A stretch of DNA of 20,000 nucleotides from an uncultured virus (IMG/VR IMGVR_UViG_3300005826_000001) (taxonomy: Duplodnaviria > Heunggongvirae > Uroviricota > Caudoviricetes). Under the pieces are notes generated by a model that worked only from the letters and a program-made list of their open reading frames with translations, made no database searches and was not told where the DNA came from. The DNA lies in IMG/VR virus record IMGVR_UViG_3300005826_000001, positions 58,232-78,231 of that record; one strand, given 5' to 3'. Positions 16,091-20,000 of this stretch are shown piece after piece; position 1 is the first letter of the stretch, and each line of letters opens with the position of its first letter. The position numbers and the translations under genes are program-made.

Positions 16091-16252
16091 CAGGTGTTTG
16101 CGCTAACCTATTGTATGGAGGGGATGACCTACGGGGATGTGATGGACATGCCGAGCGTGGACCGTGAATGGTACCTGAATCGGCTCCACACGCAGATGAA
16201 GCGGGAAGCTGACGCCATGAAGCGGACCCGAGTGAGAAAACCAAGAGGATAA
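16049..16252 (+). CDS. -1 frame extension of the chaperone (lambda gpT analogue, short gp51-like helical domain), giving a fusion of about 336 aa
   Basis: Not in the ORF track. Reads RRFLPLRSTDDLREQVFALTYCMEGMTYGDVMDMPSVDREWYLNRLHTQMKREADAMKRTRVRKPRG* and ends 3 nt before the tape-measure ATG. Confidence 0.8.
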   Translation, partial: RRFLPLRSTDDLREQVFALTYCMEGMTYGDVMDMPSVDREWYLNRLHTQMKREADAMKRTRVRKPRG

Positions 16253-16255
16253 CAG

Positions 16256-19200
16256 ATGGCGCTTGAACGCATCGGTCTTGGAGCCACGCTCACAGCAGAC
16301 AGCACCCAGATGGTCAACGCCATGGGGAAGGCCCGAGATGAATTCGGGCGCTTCGTGACTGCTGGCAATCGCGTCCCACCCACTCTAAACAACATCGGGA
16401 TGGCATCGCAACGAGCGATGCAACAGATGTCGGCTGGTGTCAGCAAGATCAGCAAGGGCATCGGCCAATTCAACTCCGGGCTCCGCTCCGCCACCTTCGC
16501 CGCTTTGCCTCTGACCGTCGCCGTCGGAGCCGGCGTGGCGAAGGCAGCCGCGTTTGAGAAGCAGATGTCTGCCGTGGGCGCCATCACCCGCGCCAACGAG
16601 CAGGACATGACCATGCTGACCAAGAAGGCCAAGCAGATGGGCATCACATCTGTCTTCTCGGCCACTCAGTCGGCACAGGCTATGGAATTCATGGCGCGGG
16701 CGGGAGCGTCGGCGACGCAGATCACCGCTGGTCTCAGCGGCGTGATGAACGCGGCGGCGGCAGATTCCATCGACTTGGCGACCTCAGCAGACATCGTGTC
16801 TCAAGTCGTGAAGGGGATGGGCAAATCGTTTGACGAAGCCAACAACATTGCCGACATCCTTGCACTTACATCAGCGCGTTCTAACACCAACATCATCAAT
16901 CTCGGTGAGTCCTTCAAGTATGGTGCCGCCCAAGCCCGAGCGATGGGTGTGCCGATTGAAGAGACTGCGGCCATCTTTGGGAAGCTGGCCGACGCTGGTC
17001 TGCGCGGGAGTCTCGGTGGGACCGCATTGACCAACATGCTCATCAAGATGGCCAAGCCATCCAAAGAAGGCAAGAAGATTCTGGATGAGTTTGGTGTCAA
17101 GCTGACCACCGCCGATGGCAAGATGCGCAAGATCAGCGCCGTTGTCGATGACTTCTCCAAGGAGCTGAACAAGATCCCTGACGCCGCCCAACGAGCGGCC
17201 AAGGCCACAGAAGTCTTTGGCGTCCGTGGTCAGCGAGGTTTCTTTGCTCTGGCAGCCGCCGGAGCCGAAGCGACCAACAAACTTGAGCGCGAGCTGCTAG
17301 CATCCAGCTTCGGGATTGGCGCCGCTGCTGAAGCCGCCGAGAAGCGGCTGGACAACTTCCTTGGCGCTTTGACTCTGTTCTCGTCATCAGTGGAGTCAGT
17401 CAGCATCGGGTTGTTCAGCCCTCTGCTCAAGGCATTCACGCCAGTGGTCCAGGAGATCACCGACGGGCTCAACTCCATCTTGTTCTCGCTGGAGGGGTTG
17501 GACGACATCCGAAACAAGGAGCGACGCCTCAACGCGGAGTCCGCACAGGTCATCGGTGAGTTGACAGCCCGACGGCTAGAAGATGCAGGTGCAAGTAAAC
17601 AGCAGACGTTGGCCACGCAGAGTGCCATGATGGTACTATCTCGGAGTCAGATCTCAACCGAGAATTTGAGCCGGGCACAAGTGGAGGCACGCAAACGCGG
17701 CGTGCTGGCGGCGTTTGAACAAGCGCAACGGGAGAAAGAAGCGGAAGCTCTGGCCAACGCGGCACGCGCCGCCGGGGTCAAGAGCGTTGAAGATTTGAGT
17801 GAAAACCGCAAAAAGGTTGTGCTTTCAGGTCTCAAGAAACAGTTTGAGGTTGAAAAAGAGACCATTGGCAAGCAGATTGACCTGGCACTATCCGGGGCCA
17901 AGGGCGCGGCGGCGGCTCGGGAAGCGCTCAAGGAGCGGACCCTTCAGCTGGCGCTGGAGACTTCCGCCGGTCTTAGCGCTGAACAGCGGAAGCAGTTGGC
18001 CACGACACTCGCCGCCGACGCTTCAATCATGGTCGGGCTGGAGCAGCGTGAAGACTCAATCCGAGCCCAAATCCACACCATCGAGCGGCTGCAAGAGATT
18101 GAAGAGAAGCACGGCAAGGGCGCTGTGTCCATTGCCCAAGGCATTCAGGACGCTATCGACACCCTCAAGAATGGATGGGACAGATTGGTCCAATCCGTCC
18201 GGAATTTCGGCGACGCACTTCGCCAGCAACTGGGCGATGAAGGGCTCCGCCGGCTGACCAAGATCATCACCGTCATCACTCTGATCACAGCGGCGGTTGT
18301 ACCGGTGTTGATCGCTTTAGCCACCGTCGGTTTCTTCATCAGCGGGCTGACCACCGCGTTTGCCGCCTTGTGGACCATCGCCAGCGGAGTGTTCACCTTC
18401 ATGTCAGGCGCCGCCGGGATGCTCATGGCGGCTCTGTGGCCTATCACGCTCGTGCTCGGAGCCGTCGGGCTCGCCTTTGCTCTCATCCGCCGGGAAAACG
18501 AGACTGTGATGCAGACGGTCACCCGCGTCTGGGAAGGCATCAAGGCCAAGGTGATCGAGGTTTGGGTTGGGGTGATTCAGCCCTTCATCGAGGGCTTCCG
18601 GCTGGCCTGGCAGGTGCTCACCGCCGACATCAAGGAGGCATGGGACAACACCATCGGTTCTGTGATACAGGTGTTCACCGAAGTCATCGCCGACATCAAA
18701 TCCCACATCCAGGAGATCTCAGCCGCATGGGGGTTTGGCACCGACGCCATGACCGTTGATTGGGTGGAGATGGGCAAGACGGTGGCCAATTTCGTGGCGG
18801 CGATGGTCATTGCCGTCATTGAGACGATCGGATTCTTGGTCAAGACGGCCACAAAGGTAATGGGCGTTTTGTTCAAAGTCTTGACCATGCCCTTCCAAGC
18901 GTTTGACAACTTCTTGGGGCTCACCTTTGATGGGATCATCGACCTCATGGAAGGCAACTTCTTGACCGGGCTCGCCAAGATCGGGGTGGCCATCTTTGAT
19001 GTGCTGACCACGCCAATCCGAATGGCGCTCAAGGGCGTCCTGGAGCTGGCCAAGCTCATCCCCGGAGTCGAGAGCAAGATCCCACAGGGGTTGCAGAAGT
19101 TTGCGGATGAAGGGCTCCAAGGGTTCACATTCCCGAAGCCCGAGCAGCAAAAGAAGACCGCAGTGGAGGTGGCACAGAAGGGCGCCGAAGCGGCGGCGAC

Positions 19201-19537
19201 CACCGCGCCCACGCAGCCTCAAGTGGCGGCGGAGCAGGACCGGAAGTCCCAACTGGCGACGCTCAAGGAGCAGCTGAAGGGCATCACAGACCTCAAGGTT
19301 CAAGAGAAGCAGCGCCAACAAGAGGCACCCAAGGTTCAGGTCCAGGCGGATCTCACAGACAAGCGCACCCTCAACATCAACAACAAGATGTGCGTGGACG
19401 GAGAAAGTCTCAATGTCGCGTCGGCGCGGCACAAGCAGGAGATTCAGGACAGAGCCGGGTTCCGGGCGACGCCGTGGCAACGGAGGGTGATGTTGGAACA
19501 GGGCGCGGCGCCGGTGACCGCGTCAGCGACGGGGTGA
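16256..19537 (+). CDS. Tail tape measure protein, TP901 family (1093 aa)
   Basis: AAAFEKQMSAVGAIT...SVFSATQSAQAMEFMARAG...DILA.....SNT....LGESFKY...GLRGS.GGTAL is the TP901-type core. It is followed by a charged helical region, a hydrophobic segment and Trp-periodic repeats. Confidence 0.95.
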   Translation: MALERIGLGATLTADSTQMVNAMGKARDEFGRFVTAGNRVPPTLNNIGMASQRAMQQMSAGVSKISKGIGQFNSGLRSATFAALPLTVAVGAGVAKAAAFEKQMSAVGAITRANEQDMTMLTKKAKQMGITSVFSATQSAQAMEFMARAGASATQITAGLSGVMNAAAADSIDLATSADIVSQVVKGMGKSFDEANNIADILALTSARSNTNIINLGESFKYGAAQARAMGVPIEETAAIFGKLADAGLRGSLGGTALTNMLIKMAKPSKEGKKILDEFGVKLTTADGKMRKISAVVDDFSKELNKIPDAAQRAAKATEVFGVRGQRGFFALAAAGAEATNKLERELLASSFGIGAAAEAAEKRLDNFLGALTLFSSSVESVSIGLFSPLLKAFTPVVQEITDGLNSILFSLEGLDDIRNKERRLNAESAQVIGELTARRLEDAGASKQQTLATQSAMMVLSRSQISTENLSRAQVEARKRGVLAAFEQAQREKEAEALANAARAAGVKSVEDLSENRKKVVLSGLKKQFEVEKETIGKQIDLALSGAKGAAAAREALKERTLQLALETSAGLSAEQRKQLATTLAADASIMVGLEQREDSIRAQIHTIERLQEIEEKHGKGAVSIAQGIQDAIDTLKNGWDRLVQSVRNFGDALRQQLGDEGLRRLTKIITVITLITAAVVPVLIALATVGFFISGLTTAFAALWTIASGVFTFMSGAAGMLMAALWPITLVLGAVGLAFALIRRENETVMQTVTRVWEGIKAKVIEVWVGVIQPFIEGFRLAWQVLTADIKEAWDNTIGSVIQVFTEVIADIKSHIQEISAAWGFGTDAMTVDWVEMGKTVANFVAAMVIAVIETIGFLVKTATKVMGVLFKVLTMPFQAFDNFLGLTFDGIIDLMEGNFLTGLAKIGVAIFDVLTTPIRMALKGVLELAKLIPGVESKIPQGLQKFADEGLQGFTFPKPEQQKKTAVEVAQKGAEAAATTAPTQPQVAAEQDRKSQLATLKEQLKGITDLKVQEKQRQQEAPKVQVQADLTDKRTLNINNKMCVDGESLNVASARHKQEIQDRAGFRATPWQRRVMLEQGAAPVTASATG

Positions 19538-19541
19538 TCAG

Positions 19542-20000
19542 ATGTTGATGTTTCCCAATCTGAAGACGTGGTTTCTGGCCAACGTCGATACAGGCCAGAT
19601 CCTGAAGGGCCAGTTTGAGCCTGAAGGTACAACCAAGAACATCGCCGTCAACTACGCTCAGCACACGGCGCTCAATCGACAAAACCCCATCCTTCAATTC
19701 CTGAACCGGGCGGCGGAAACAATCTCGTTCAGGGCGCGTCTCTTCAACCGCCACGCTCTGGAGTTTCAGGCTGAAGATACGCTGAAGCTGTTGGAGTCCT
19801 GGACAGAGATTGACCCGAAGTACAACCGCCCACCCACGATGTCATTCTGGGTGGGCGACGGGCACCTGCAGCAGATCGATTGCGTGATCACCTCGCTCGA
19901 TGGGATCACATACGGGCGCCCAACCTTCTTTGGCGGGCTCCGAGAAGTCTCACTCACGATCAACCTGCTCCAATACGAGCCCTTCAGCCTTGAGTCCACC
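19542..20000 (+). CDS. 3'-truncated baseplate tube initiator (CIS-tube / P2 gpU / Afp7-like)
   Basis: Not in the ORF track. Open from ATG 19542 to the window end: GQFEP......VNYA......PILQF.....TISF....F...RPP...F..G.....CVITSL...Y......GGLREVSLTINL.QY. Directly follows the tape measure. Confidence 0.8.
   Translation, partial: MLMFPNLKTWFLANVDTGQILKGQFEPEGTTKNIAVNYAQHTALNRQNPILQFLNRAAETISFRARLFNRHALEFQAEDTLKLLESWTEIDPKYNRPPTMSFWVGDGHLQQIDCVITSLDGITYGRPTFFGGLREVSLTINLLQYEPFSLEST

Larger units (their letters stand above)
1..20000 (+). mobile_element. Tailed phage/prophage structural (neck and contractile tail) module
   Basis: All credible genes are on the + strand, many with overlapping stop/start codons (4756, 5244, 6485, 7222, 7449, 8124, 9659, 10060, 10686). 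Gene order is adaptor-stopper-neck-terminator-sheath-tube-chaperone-tape measure-tube initiator. Free phage versus prophage cannot be decided here. Confidence 0.95.

Noticed and set aside
16..19999. Numerous minus-strand and alternate-frame ORFs in the track (for example 2593..3237, 8859..9644, 13609..14364, 15468..16244, 18719..19480)
   Set aside because: These are shadow ORFs of GC-rich coding sequence. They overlap well-supported + strand genes and have no recognisable motifs.
11965..20000. Headless extracellular contractile injection system or tailocin
   Set aside because: Head-tail adaptor, stopper and neck genes are present directly upstream, which argues for a DNA-packaging phage. No eCIS ATPase or toxin is visible.
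1..20000. Alternative genetic code (stop reassignment)
   Set aside because: Standard code 11 gives full-length genes with dense packing, and TGA, TAA and TAG all end genes.

Overview
The whole window is one co-directional (+ strand), tightly coupled late/structural operon of a GC-rich (roughly 60% by eye) tailed phage or prophage with a contractile (myovirus-type) tail. It opens with the 3' end of an acidic, Pro-rich protein ending in a SAP/HeH/Rho-N-like motif. A block of about 12 unannotatable, mostly beta-rich, virion-like genes follows (382-8537), built from shared, shuffled modules. After that the order is the canonical one: head-tail adaptor, stopper, neck/tail-completion protein, tail terminator, tail sheath, a small HxH protein, T4 gp19-like tail tube, tail assembly chaperone, TP901-type tape measure, and a truncated CIS-tube/P2 gpU-like tube initiator. 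Two signals are not explained by the ORF track. One is a complete -1 ribosomal frameshift cassette (T TTT TTC plus a 3' hairpin) that joins the Zn-finger chaperone to an uncalled 67-codon ORF. The other is a ~190-nt, strongly structured intergenic element between the tube and chaperone genes, with mutually exclusive pairings and a loop complementary to the downstream Shine-Dalgarno sequence, which is a candidate new cis-regulatory RNA. All family assignments come from motif recognition and gene order, not from database searches. No tRNA, rRNA, CRISPR array, integrase, capsid, terminase or lysin was seen.
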